A stretch of 64,000 nucleotides of DNA, taken from Octopus sinensis (lineage: Eukaryota). Shown piece after piece: positions 53,816 through 64,000 of this stretch. The first letter of the stretch is position 1; the number at the start of each line of letters is the position of its first letter. Below the pieces are notes generated by a model, which was not told the origin of the DNA, made no database searches, and saw only the letters and a list, made by a program, of their open reading frames with translations. The stretch lies in NCBI RefSeq assembly GCF_006345805.1, contig NC_043001.1, positions 24,738,001-24,802,000 on the forward strand. The letters are read 5' to 3'. A program made the position numbers and the translations under genes.

Positions 53816-54369
53816 AAAATACAAATAACCAGATTATACAATCGTCTGTTATGTAATTAAGCAAAATCATTCACGGACTGGTGTTAATTCAATCACTCAT
53901 ACTTAATACTAGCATTGTTTCACTGTAAAACTTAGTAGACATAGTGGAAATGGATGAAAAAAATATGTTTACATGCTGAGGAAAGTTACCGTTTTTTGCC
54001 ACTTGGTGCTGAGATAAGTGGCTCAACCATGGAAATGCAATATTTGAGACAAATCTTTATTGTTTGTTTTCCTTCTTTTCACTGCAGTACTTATCACTAT
54101 TATCATCATTAATATTAATTATGAGCAAAAGGACGGTGCTGAATTATATCTGCTGAATAAAAAGCAATCAGTGTTTTCTTCTCATTAAAAAATAATTAAG
54201 CATGCCTTTATTTCAATATAATTTTTAGTTTTGTTAAACGAAGTTAAGGCAAAAAAAAAACTTCTTGAGAAACCAAATAGTCTTTCCTTCTTTCATGCCA
54301 AGTTTGAAGAAAATATCTCTTTTACATCTTACTTTTTTGGGCTCTTAAATATACTGCATTCTGTGGCAT

Positions 54370-54652
54370 TATTTCAAGCCAGCCAGCATTTTTTGCACAA
54401 ACTGCACATGCTTTTTTCTCGCATACGCATAGTATCAATCGCAACAGCTGATGTACTTGCGCGTACAAATGCACGTTCCCATGGCTTTATCGATAGCATT
54501 CTCACCTGGAATCGATTTATGTAATTTTTTCAAGACTTATACACGCCCTGATACCATCGGTATCTATATATCAAATTTGAGCACAATTGGATGGAGGATG
54601 CCCGAGATGCTAGAAGACACACACACGGGCTGAACAGATTTTATATAATAGA
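54370..54652 (-). mobile_element. Helitron-like non-autonomous repeat
   Basis: Reverse complement of 16868-17160. Confidence 0.6.
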
Positions 54653-54915
54653 TTATTGAAACCCAATATTTAGTTCTGCTTACCCTATTTTCTCATGTTT
54701 AAGTAGCACCCATTATCTAGTGTTAAATCTTGGTACAAATTTATTTCCCTTTATATACAAACTTGATACCAGTTTCGTCTTTTATATTAGTTGCACCCCA
54801 GTTTTTCAGTTAAAATGAAGTATGAAATAGTGCAACTTACGCACGAACATATAAAATATATTGCTTTAAATCTTATGAATTCTTTCCTAAATTTATTTAT
54901 TACAATTCTTTTCAG

Positions 54916-55068
54916 ATCGAAGTCTTAAGCCCGAAGCACAATGGTGCTGTTGAAGGAACTGATCAAGAATCAAAAAAAGCACATTCCTCTGCAAGTATCA
55001 AAGGCATGTGGAAAAAAGCAGTTAAAAGCTTGAAGAGTAATAGTGGAGAGCCAAAACCCACTCGACTG
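54916..55068 (+). CDS. Internal coding exon of an unidentified protein (IEVLSPKHNGAVEGTDQESKKAHSSASIKGMWKKAVKSLKSNSGEPKPTRL)
   Basis: Acceptor TTCTTTTCAG|, 153-nt open frame (phase 0-0), donor |GTGAGA; non-repetitive sequence with protein-like composition. Confidence 0.75.
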
Positions 55069-55520
55069 GTGAGAATTCCTTATTTTTCTTCTATATATAT
55101 ATGTTTATCATTATTATAATGTATGTAAAAAAGACAAATATTATTGTAGCTTTGATTTCATGAAAAAAATTTTAACCCTTTGTATGGGTCTTATTTCTCA
55201 ATTATAATTAAATGTGGTGTGATATGAACTTGTATGTGTGTGTATGTAATGTAAATAATCCAATGAAAATTACATAGCCAAAACTTTGAGAAAACTGTCA
55301 TCCGTTTCCTTGAGAAAGGGAAAATAATATGTGTCAAAAGGGACTTGGAAATTCAATTTGCCCTACTGCCTGACCATGTGGTTTCAATTTTAGTTTTACT
55401 GCACAGTATTTTAAATAAGCGACTTAAATAAGTGTTATAACCTCAGGCCAACCAATGTGAGTGTAAGAGAGACAGAATTTGCAGGAAACGTGTGTCTGCA
55501 TGCAAATTTTTACATATCAA

Positions 55521-56968
55521 TCTATAATAATAAATGCGAAAGCAAATATCAGTGTGTCAGTGTGTCACACTTTTCCAACTTTACTCCGACCCCCTCTTTC
55601 ACTATTTAATGACACTTCTGCTGTTCCTCATGTTTTACCTCTCTCTCACTATTCAATGACTCTTCTACTATTCTTCATTCTTGGTTTTCTCTTAATCCTA
55701 ACATTTTGAAAAAAATATTTCTCTAAATGTTATAACTATTTCCAAAAGTAATTTCCAAAATAAACATTTTGAAAAAAAATCTTTCTCTAAATATTATAAT
55801 TGTATCTAGTAATTTAACCATAAACAGTGCTTCATAACGTTCAGAACTGAAATATGTCTTGAACTCACTCTCTCATACGATATTACCTCTCATAACTCTC
55901 TACCATAAAAATGTTGGAAACTTAGTACATTTTCAGATATTAATAAAATTTGTCAGACCTATTTTCATGCTGTCGGCCATCGGAGCTATGAAAACTTAGT
56001 GCACTCTGACTGCAAGAAAATAGATTCAATTAATTTTATTATTAACTTCAAAAATATTAAATTTCAAACATCTTTATGGTCAAATACGTTTATAGCAATT
56101 CCAAACCATAAAAATCACACTTTAAAATAGTGTTTAGCAATAGTGGTGAACTTTTCCTTCAAACTACGAACAGGAGTTTGGATACATACTAGCTACTACA
56201 AATAATAGGTGACGGTTGTTTAGAGAATCTGCAGGCTAAAACTACGTGCCTTCATTAGTCAGTTAAGGTGAGACAGTGTCACATGACAACTTGTCGGGGC
56301 TGATGCTGGAGCCTAGTGGCAGGTATTTAAAGGGAAAAATTTGACAAGACAGTCAGTCACCGGCTGACTCTCGCTGATAATACATCGAAGAGGCCAGGGA
56401 ACAGAAGAAAGAAGAAGAAAAAAGAAGACATGCACCCAACACCAGAGCTGAAGACACCTCCGAAAGGGGGGGGGATCACCACGTCAAAACGGTAGAGGAG
56501 TAGGGGCTGAAACCAGATGTGGTTCCTCCTGATGATGTCTTGAGCTAACTGGATCCTATAAAGGAGCTATTGTGGTAGCAGACCACGAAACACAGTTGTA
56601 ATTCCTATGAAAAGTAAGGCCCTACGTGCATCAAATTGTCTTTAAATTAAGTGGCAGCAGAAGAATTATCGTTGAACTTTTAAACGGTAAGTTTATTGTT
56701 GCCTACAGCCAGCTATATGTTGGTTGTTCAAGGGTAGGGAATGGAAACAAGCTATTTGTACTGACCCTAAATGAGGAGACAAAAACATGTTGTTTATCAT
56801 GCAGCTTTGCAATCTGTCGCAAGTCAACAAATTATATCATTGTTTTGGTGAAAATTGTTCATTGCTTGAAAAATATTGTTCAAGTTTAATAAAATTTAAT
56901 ATGTACTCAATGCATGAAGTGTCATTGTTGGGCCCAAGGCCCAATGAAGACCCCTCCACAGGAGCTAG
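55521..56968 (+). mobile_element. Internally deleted Helitron
   Basis: A|TCTATAATAATAAATGCGAAAG 5' end; helicase C-terminal motif YSQLYVGCSRVG..LFVL at ~56700-56790; 3' end CTAG|T. Confidence 0.7.
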
Positions 56969-57016
56969 TATCTAATATGGGATATGTAAATATGCATCAA
57001 TATTTACAAATCCCTT

Positions 57017-57124
57017 ATTTCTTTATTGCCTACAAGGGGCTAAACATAGAGGGGACAGACAAAGGGATTAAGTCGATTACATCGACCCCAGTGCGTAACT
57101 GGTACTTAATTTATCGACCCTGAA
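57017..57124 (-). mobile_element. SINE family B, 3' fragment
   Basis: TATTTCTTTATTGCC..TAACTGGTACTTAATTTATCGACCC, truncated at the twin element. Confidence 0.8.
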
Positions 57125-57477
57125 AGTTCTATATCTAAGAGATGAGGAATTATGTACATTATTTACTTTTGACAGATATTTATCCTCATCTTGTTTGTTG
57201 TTAACACATTTCGGCTGATATACCCTCCAGCCTTCATCAGGTGTCTTGGGGAGATTCCGAACCTGGGTTCTCATTCCTAAGGTACTTTTCGATATTGTTT
57301 TTATTATTATTATTATTAATATTATTCAAGTCACTGCTTAGAATTGAACTCGGAATCTTAGGGTTAGTAGCCTGCACTCTTAACCACCACAACTATGGGC
57401 ATATGGTGTAGTGGTTAAGAGTGTGGGCTACTAACCCCAAGATTCCAAATTCAATTCCAAGCAGTGACTTGAATAAT

Positions 57478-57521
<44 letters not shown>

Positions 57522-57670
57522 TAACAACATTGAAAAATACCTTAGGAATGAGAACCCAGGTTCAAAATTTCCCCAAGACAGCTGATGAAGGCTGGAGGGT
57601 ATACCAGCTGAAGCATTGTGTTAACAACAAACAAGATGTGGACAAATATCCGTCAAATGTAAATAATGTA
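57125..57670. mobile_element. Palindromic twin element: divergent tRNA-like heads, (AAT)n and minimal hammerhead in each arm (copy 1)
   Basis: Left arm is the reverse complement of the right arm; A-box TGGTGTAGTGG at 57404; HHR motifs at 57203-57245 (-) and 57577-57622 (+). Confidence 0.85.
57203..57245 (-). ncRNA. Minimal type I hammerhead motif (stem III deleted)
   Basis: GACAC-CTGATGA-AGGCTG GAGGGTATAT CAGCC-GAAA-T-GTGTT. Confidence 0.55.
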
Positions 57671-58789
57671 CAGTTCTATATTGTTTAGGATAGTTTATAT
57701 TGTATAGGATGACCTATATTCTATAGGGTGGTCTATATTATCTATTATGGTTATTTTATTTTTATCAATAACCTTCAGTTGGGTTATGTTATTGGTACAT
57801 AAACTAGTGTGAATATTTTTGAGTAAGTGTAAGTAGAGATATATGTAGATTAAGTTTGTAAATAATTGTATGAACGGATTTCATGGTTTCACTACAAGAG
57901 TGGTATGAGCCGAAATAATAAATCTAAATGAATGCACTGTGTGTGTGTGTGTGTGTGTGCATGGAGAATGCATAAGGTTCTAAGGTCCCTTTATTGGTGG
58001 CGGCGGTGGTGGTGGTGGTGGTGGTGGTGGAGGAAGGCAGTGTTGGTGACTATGGCAATGATGGTATATGTAGATACCTATCTGCATTCAGTTATAGGAA
58101 TACACGGATATTTACATACACGTGTTGTTTCGGATGTGATTACGTTTCTTTCCAAGAAATGAAAGATGAGTGGCTCTGGGTGAATGTATGTTTGTTTACA
58201 TATACATGCATTTATTCAACGTCGGATTACATTTTCCTTGAAGAAACGTAGGTTATATTACTAGTATATAATATTACAAATCTGATTTATACTAGGTTTG
58301 TGTATTTTTTTATTTACTTGATCATTTATTTGTGTGTCTGTGTGTGTAATGTGAATGTGGTATTCAATCACACATCACACACCTCCTATTTATCTTTCTC
58401 CTTTTATCAGATGACTTTGTCGGGCTTGCTTCATTTTTTTTCATTCTGCTTCATTGCTATGTATTCTTTTGCTAGAATTTATTTTTTATGTAAATCTACC
58501 TAAATTTTAAATGTAAACAAATGTGTGATAGCTTTCTATGTTATTCCAATATATTAATATTCAGTTATGAACGTTTTAGAATCATCTGAAATATTTTACA
58601 AAATAATTTTTTATTTCATCATGGAAGAGCCATTTTTATCATTTAAAAACACAAAATTTGTTAAAATCATATTCCATTAATTTCTAGAGGTGTCAAACTT
58701 TTGTCATACAACTGTAATTGGGTCAATGATGCATCTCCTCTGCAGTGGCCACATTGCAGGTGTATGATGAAAATTCCAGATATTCTTTT

Positions 58790-59138
58790 ATTCTTTTACT
58801 TGTTTCAGTCATTTGACTGTGGCCATGCTGGAGCATCCCCTTTAGTCGAATGAATCACCCTCAGGACTTATTCTTTGTAAGCCTAGTACTTATTCTATCA
58901 GTGTCTTTTGTTGAACAGCTAAGTTACAGGGATGTAAATACACCAACATCAGTTGTCAAGTGATGGTGGGGGGGACAAACACACACATACACACACACAT
59001 ATATGAAGGGCTTCTTTCAGTTTCCCTCTACCAAATCCACTCACAAGGCTTTGGTTGACTCATAGCTATAGTAGAAGACACTTGCTCAAGGTGCCATGCA
59101 ATGGTTGGGAAGCAAGCTTCTTATCACTGAGCCACGCC
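58790..59138 (-). mobile_element. SINE family A
   Basis: Reverse-complement copy with a small head deletion. Confidence 0.85.
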
Positions 59139-59523
59139 AAGCAGAAACTAGAATAAAGTTTCTAATTTTTGCTTCCATAACAGGAATTTCTTCTCTAAAC
59201 CTTCCACATATTCAGTGATAATAACTAACTCATTAAGGCTTCCTGTTCATATTTCCTTTCATTTAACAAGAAGTATATGTTCAAACATAATCTTTGTGAT
59301 TTCTGTTATTTTTTTAGCTAATGAATGAATAAATAATGTTATAAGGCTGTTCAATGTTTGTATTTTCATAATTCTCCATTCATTGTTAAAATCGTTAGAA
59401 CATAGGGCAATGACAGAGTTGTTAGGGCATTGGATGCGTTGCCTTGTGGTACTTGTAGCTGGCTATGCATACCTTTCCTTGTGTGACACAAACCCTACTT
59501 GTGAAGACCTGTTGAGGCAAGTG

Positions 59524-60288
59524 AAAATCAAAAATCAAAAATCAAAAATCAAAATCAAAATCAAAATCAATCAACATCAATGGAAATTGTAGCTATGATA
59601 CCAGTGCCGTGGCACATAAGGGAATCATCCGAACGTGGCCGTTACCAGCGCCGCCCCGACTGGCCTCTGTGCTGGTGGCACGTAAAAAAGCACCATCCGA
59701 TTGTGGCCATTGCCAGCCTCGTCTGGCCCCCATGCCGGTGGCACGTAAAAAGCACCATCCGATTGTGGCTGTTTGCCAGCCTCGTCTGGCCCCCATGCCG
59801 GTGGCACGTAAAAAGCACCATCCGATTGTGGCCATTGCCAGCCTCGTCTGGCCCCCATGCCGGTGGCACGTAAAAAGCACCATCCGATTGTAGCTGTTTG
59901 CCAGCCTCGTCTGGCCCCCATGCCGGTGGCACGTAAAAAGCACCATCCGATTGTGGCCATTGCCAGCCTCGTCTGGCCCCCATGCCGGTGGCACGTAAAA
60001 AGCACCATCCGATTGTAGCTGTTTGCCAGCCTCGTCTGGCCCCCATGCCGGTGGCACGTAAAAAGCACCATCCGATTGTGGCTGTTTGCCAGCCTCGTCT
60101 GGCATCTGTGCAGGTGGCACGTAAAAAGCACCCACTACACTCATAGAGTGGTTGGCATTAGGAAGGGCATCTAGCTGTAGAAACACTGCCAGATCAGACT
60201 AGGCCTGGCGCAGCCTTCTAGCTTCCCAGACCCCAGTTGAACCGTCCAACCCATGCTAGCATGGAAAACGGATGTTAAACAATGATGA
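59524..60288 (+). mobile_element. SINE family C with expanded 62/63-bp tandem array
   Basis: Seven near-identical units at ~59675-60130, then the family C tail. Confidence 0.9.
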
Positions 60289-60549
60289 TTCCTTGGTTGT
60301 AGATATAATCCATAGCCTGGTTTGTTGGGTACCTTTACAAGAGTGAACTCTACTAAACATACCCAACTCTACTGAGTATATTCACCACCTGATTTTTGGG
60401 TATCTTTGGTAGAGTTCATTTAGTCAAAAGCATCAGGTCAGGTTCTGGTCTGAGGATAACTTCCTCTCACATGTCTTAGGGGCCAAAACAGAAACTAAAT
60501 GGCCCAAGGGTGTTTCCCTTCTCACACTGAATGAATAGTAATTTATTTA

Positions 60550-61086
60550 GTACATTATTTACATTATTTACATTTGCTGGATATTTGTCCTCATCTTGTT
60601 TGTTGTTAACACAACGTTTCGACTGATATACCCTCCAGCCTTCATTAGGTGTCTTGGGGAAATTCAAACCTAGGTTCTCATTCCCAGGGTATTTTTCAAT
60701 ATTATTATTATTATTGTTATTGTTATCCAGGTCACTGCCTGGAATTGGACTCGGAATTTTGGGGTTAATAGCCCGTGCTTTTAACCACTACACCATATGC
60801 CCATGGTCATAGTGGTTAAGAGCACGGGCTGCTAACCCCAAGATTCCAAGTTCGATTCTAGGCAGTGACCTGAATAATAATAATAACAACAACAACAATA
60901 ATAATAATAATAATAATAACATAAAAAAATACCTTAATAAGAACCCAGGTTCGAAATTTCCCCAGACACTTAATGAAGGCTGGAGAGGTATATCAGCCAA
61001 AATGTTGTGTTAACAACAAACAAGATGAGGACAAATATCTGTCAAATGTAAATAATGTAAATAATGTACTCTTAAACATAGAACTG
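60550..61086. mobile_element. Palindromic twin tRNA-head/hammerhead element (copy 2, opposite orientation)
   Basis: Same arms and central junction as copy 1; HHR motifs at 60608-60653 (-) and 60965-61011 (+). Confidence 0.85.
60608..60653 (-). ncRNA. Minimal type I hammerhead motif (G5A core mutation)
   Basis: GACAC-CTAATGA-AGGCTG..CAGTC-GAAA-CGT-T-GTGTT; retains palindromic ACGT stem III. Confidence 0.55.
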
Positions 61087-61157
61087 AATCTATTTAGTAT
61101 AATTAAATGAAAATGAAATAGTCCTACTACAATCTTTATACAGCCGTTTCTTTTTTT

Positions 61158-61523
61158 TCTTTTACTTGTTTCAGTCATTTGACTGCGGCCATGCTGGAGC
61201 ACTGCCTTTAATCGAGCAACTCGACCCCGGGACTTATTCTTTGTAAGCCCAGTACTTATTCTATTGGTCTCTTTTGCCGAACCACTAAGTGACGGGGACA
61301 TAAACACACCAGCATCGGTTGTCAAGCAATGCTAGGGGGACAAACACACTCACATATATATATATACGACAGGCTTCTTTCATTTTCCGTCTACCAAATC
61401 CACTCACAAGGTATTGGTCGGCCCGGGGCTATAGCAGAAGACACTTGCCCAAGGTGCCACGCAGTGGGAATGAACCCGGAACCATGTGGTTGGTAAGCAA
61501 GCTACTTACCACACAGCCACTTC
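61158..61523 (-). mobile_element. SINE family A, full length
   Basis: Reverse-complement copy. Confidence 0.9.
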
Positions 61524-63299
61524 TTTTTTGCAAATAATTGGGTTTCTTCTTGAATAGTAGAAAATACTTCAGTTTGGAATAATTTATAAATCATTTATAA
61601 AACTCAGTTGTGACCTATGACCCACACTAGAAATCTAGTAGAATCAGGTGTAAGTAATGTCTTCTAACAATTCTACTACTCCTGAACAGTGAACTGGAAA
61701 AATTGTTTGGACCAGATGCCTTCTGGCGTTTATTCTGTGTCTTTGAATTATGAGTTCTTGAGTGGTAGACTTAATCTATAACCTAGTTTAACTCCACCAC
61801 CTGATTTGCAAGTATTTATGTCAGGCCTCCAGTCTGAAGGATAACTTCTTTTCATCAATCTTAGCGGCAAAGAAGAATACCTAAAGAACCGTGAATGTTG
61901 TTCTTTTCTCCCAGAATAAATGGTAAATAGAAAATGTTGCTATTTTAGAAAACTAATCAAGGATATGTAAACTACTAAGACATGGGTTCAGAACCTCTTT
62001 GCAATTCCAGGTACCCAAAGCATTGCCCAATATATCCCCATACCTTTATAATGTTGAATCGTCACAATTATCACTCCTTAAACAGTTATCAATAAATTAA
62101 TTTTACTGGATAATCAGGAGAAACAGAAGAAGAAAAGAAAGAAAATCAGAAGGATTTTATTATATTTATTTATAGAAAACAATACTAAAGATCAAGTTCC
62201 ATATCCCAGCCTTTGATTTCCCTAACTGTAGTGGGTATGGATACCCAACTCTTCAGTTGAGAACCACCCGTCTAAGAAATAACTCTGTTCTTGATGTAAT
62301 CACTCCACTTATATAAATTAGAATTGATACTTCTCAAGACGGTAGTAGCTGATGTGAGATAGTAGTAACTAGTGTAAACCAAGTCAGCACTGTAAGCTAA
62401 CTACTATTATAGATTTAGTTGTCAGAGAGTAACTGCTGTCCTTAAGTTGTGGTTTGATACTTTTGCTTCTCATTTTACCTCCAATATTTTGTTATGCAAA
62501 CTTGCATCTTTTAGTTGACACATGTTTGAAGAGTGGGCTTCAAAAACTGAAGCGCTGCCAAGTTTTCCCAAATGAGAAAGTTATTCACCTGGCTGGAATT
62601 GTCTTCTGAATGGTAATGAATATAACACAACTGTTGTGGCAGTATCATAACAGAAATAATACACAGTCACTTTGGTAACAGTCTGATCATTTTCAGTATC
62701 ATGTTCCATTTTCGAAACGTTGTTGATGCTAAATGTAAGAGCACTTTTCTTTCATCCAATAGTTTTTTATTGGTAATATAGTGTCTGTATATCCTAATTT
62801 TCACTGGAAATTAGTTTTAGATATTTTTTAACTATAGTTTCAATTTCTATGATAAATATAACTTCAGAAGAAAATTTTACAGTTACCAATTCAATTACAC
62901 TCACAAAGATTTTGTTCTTCGTTTTTCATTTTTTTTAAATACAATTATTAGTTGCAATGACACTTAAGCCTGGGGCTCGAAATAAAAAGCATAATTGATA
63001 AGTGCCTCATAGCTTCACATTATCACTTCATTATCTAATTACTTGAAGCCTTTCTTTACATATGTGTGACCCATATTTCAATTAATCTTTTTATTTTTTA
63101 CCTTTAGTTTCTTCTAAGTGTTATAGTTTTCACAGACACATATATTTCTGACATTTCTTGTTGGAATAACTAATTTCACTGGATGCCCTTGCTACTGTTC
63201 TCTACACTACCATGAAATTAGACTCGTAAACATTTAGTAGTAAGTAGAACAAGTGAGTCAAAGAAAATAATTATTGTTTTTATTATTTCTTTATTTGAA

Positions 63300-63500
63300 A
63301 GTAGTGAGTTGGTAGAATCATTTGGGCATGTTTAGCACTGTTTCTTTCCAACTCGTTATGATCAGAGTTCAATTTCCACTGAGGTTAACTTTGCCTTCCT
63401 TCCTTTCGGGATTGATAAATTAGGTACCAGTTAAGTACTAAGTCAATGTAATTAACTAACACCCTCCCTCTAAAACTGCTGATTTTGTGCAAGAATCAGA
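63300..63500 (+). mobile_element. Diverged SINE family B
   Basis: GAGTTCAATTTCC..AACTTTGCCTT..CCTTTCGGG..GGTACCAGTTAAGTAC. Confidence 0.65.
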
Positions 63501-63599
63501 AACAATTATTTTTTTATCTGGCAGAAGGCTCTAAACATACATATAATTCAAAATGTGCCATAGAAAAGGATTCCAAAATAACAAACAATAGAAAATCAA

Positions 63600-63830
63600 C
63601 CATAATCCTCTTATTTTTTCTATCCATTCAACAAATCCTGGTGATTTCTTTGACAAGTACTCACCTCTCTGATTAGTTTTAAGGCAATTCTCAGCAGGTA
63701 ATGTGTAGATTGGTTTCCCATCCACTGTTTTATATCATCAAACCACTGCTGACACAGTCTCTCACGTGGATACATTTGCCCAGAATAGCACCGGCAGCAA
63801 ATATGACCAATATATGTTATATTCCAATTG
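63600..63830 (-). mobile_element. RTE-like LINE 3' fragment
   Basis: Minus-strand peptide YIGHIC..PRERLCQQWFDDIKQWMG resembles the RTE ORF C-terminus. Confidence 0.5.
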
Positions 63831-64000
63831 CACAGCATTCAGCAGACTTGGAGTACTGCCCACTTTGCTGTTGGATGTATGTGTTGATTTTGCCCACCCT
63901 TAAAGGGTTAGAAACTGCCACCCAATAACTCTGATCACCTTCAAATCCAAGCAGTCCTTTTTCTAGTCTTTATATTTCCAAATCAACTTCACCTTTCATT

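Noticed and set aside
58157-58179. Possible short or alternative first exon (ATGAAAGATGAGTGGCTCTGG|GTGAAT)
   Set aside because: Too short and donor too weak to support without transcripts
59580-60186. Overlapping 130-197 aa ORFs; superficially CRISPR-like array
   Set aside because: Tandem 62/63-bp SINE-internal repeat with no unique spacers and no cas genes, in eukaryotic DNA
60430-60540. CTGAGGA...GAAAC hammerhead-like words; diverged similarity to 61820-61930
   Set aside because: Stems I-III cannot be formed; appears to be an old repeat only

Overview
AT-rich, microsatellite-dense eukaryotic DNA. Its tRNA-derived SINE families match those I recognise from coleoid cephalopods, most likely Octopus; this is inference, not a database result. 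The window reads as one or two very long introns of a plus-strand gene. Only one convincing coding exon is visible (54916-55068, 51 codons, phase 0-0). Nearly all ORFs in the supplied track are microsatellite or SINE artefacts. The rest is nested repeats: at least five SINE families, mariner, maT and Tc1 transposase remnants, Helitrons, RTE and Hero LINE remnants, piggyBac-like MITEs and several fold-back palindromes. The most interesting signal is a set of type I hammerhead ribozyme (HHR) motifs of the Penelope-like-element kind. (i) An apparently intact HHR lies inside a 274-bp palindrome at 3162-3435. (ii) A ~550-bp head-to-head 'twin' element occurs twice (57125-57670 and 60550-61086) with the same central junction; each arm is a tRNA-like Pol III head, (AAT)n and a minimal HHR. 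(iii) Further unrelated HHR motifs occur at 28832 and 30510. A candidate recursive splice site (15100/15101), a pre-miRNA-like hairpin (46793-46865) and a tRNA-Gln(CTG) fragment are also present. All coordinates were read by eye, and repeat boundaries are approximate.
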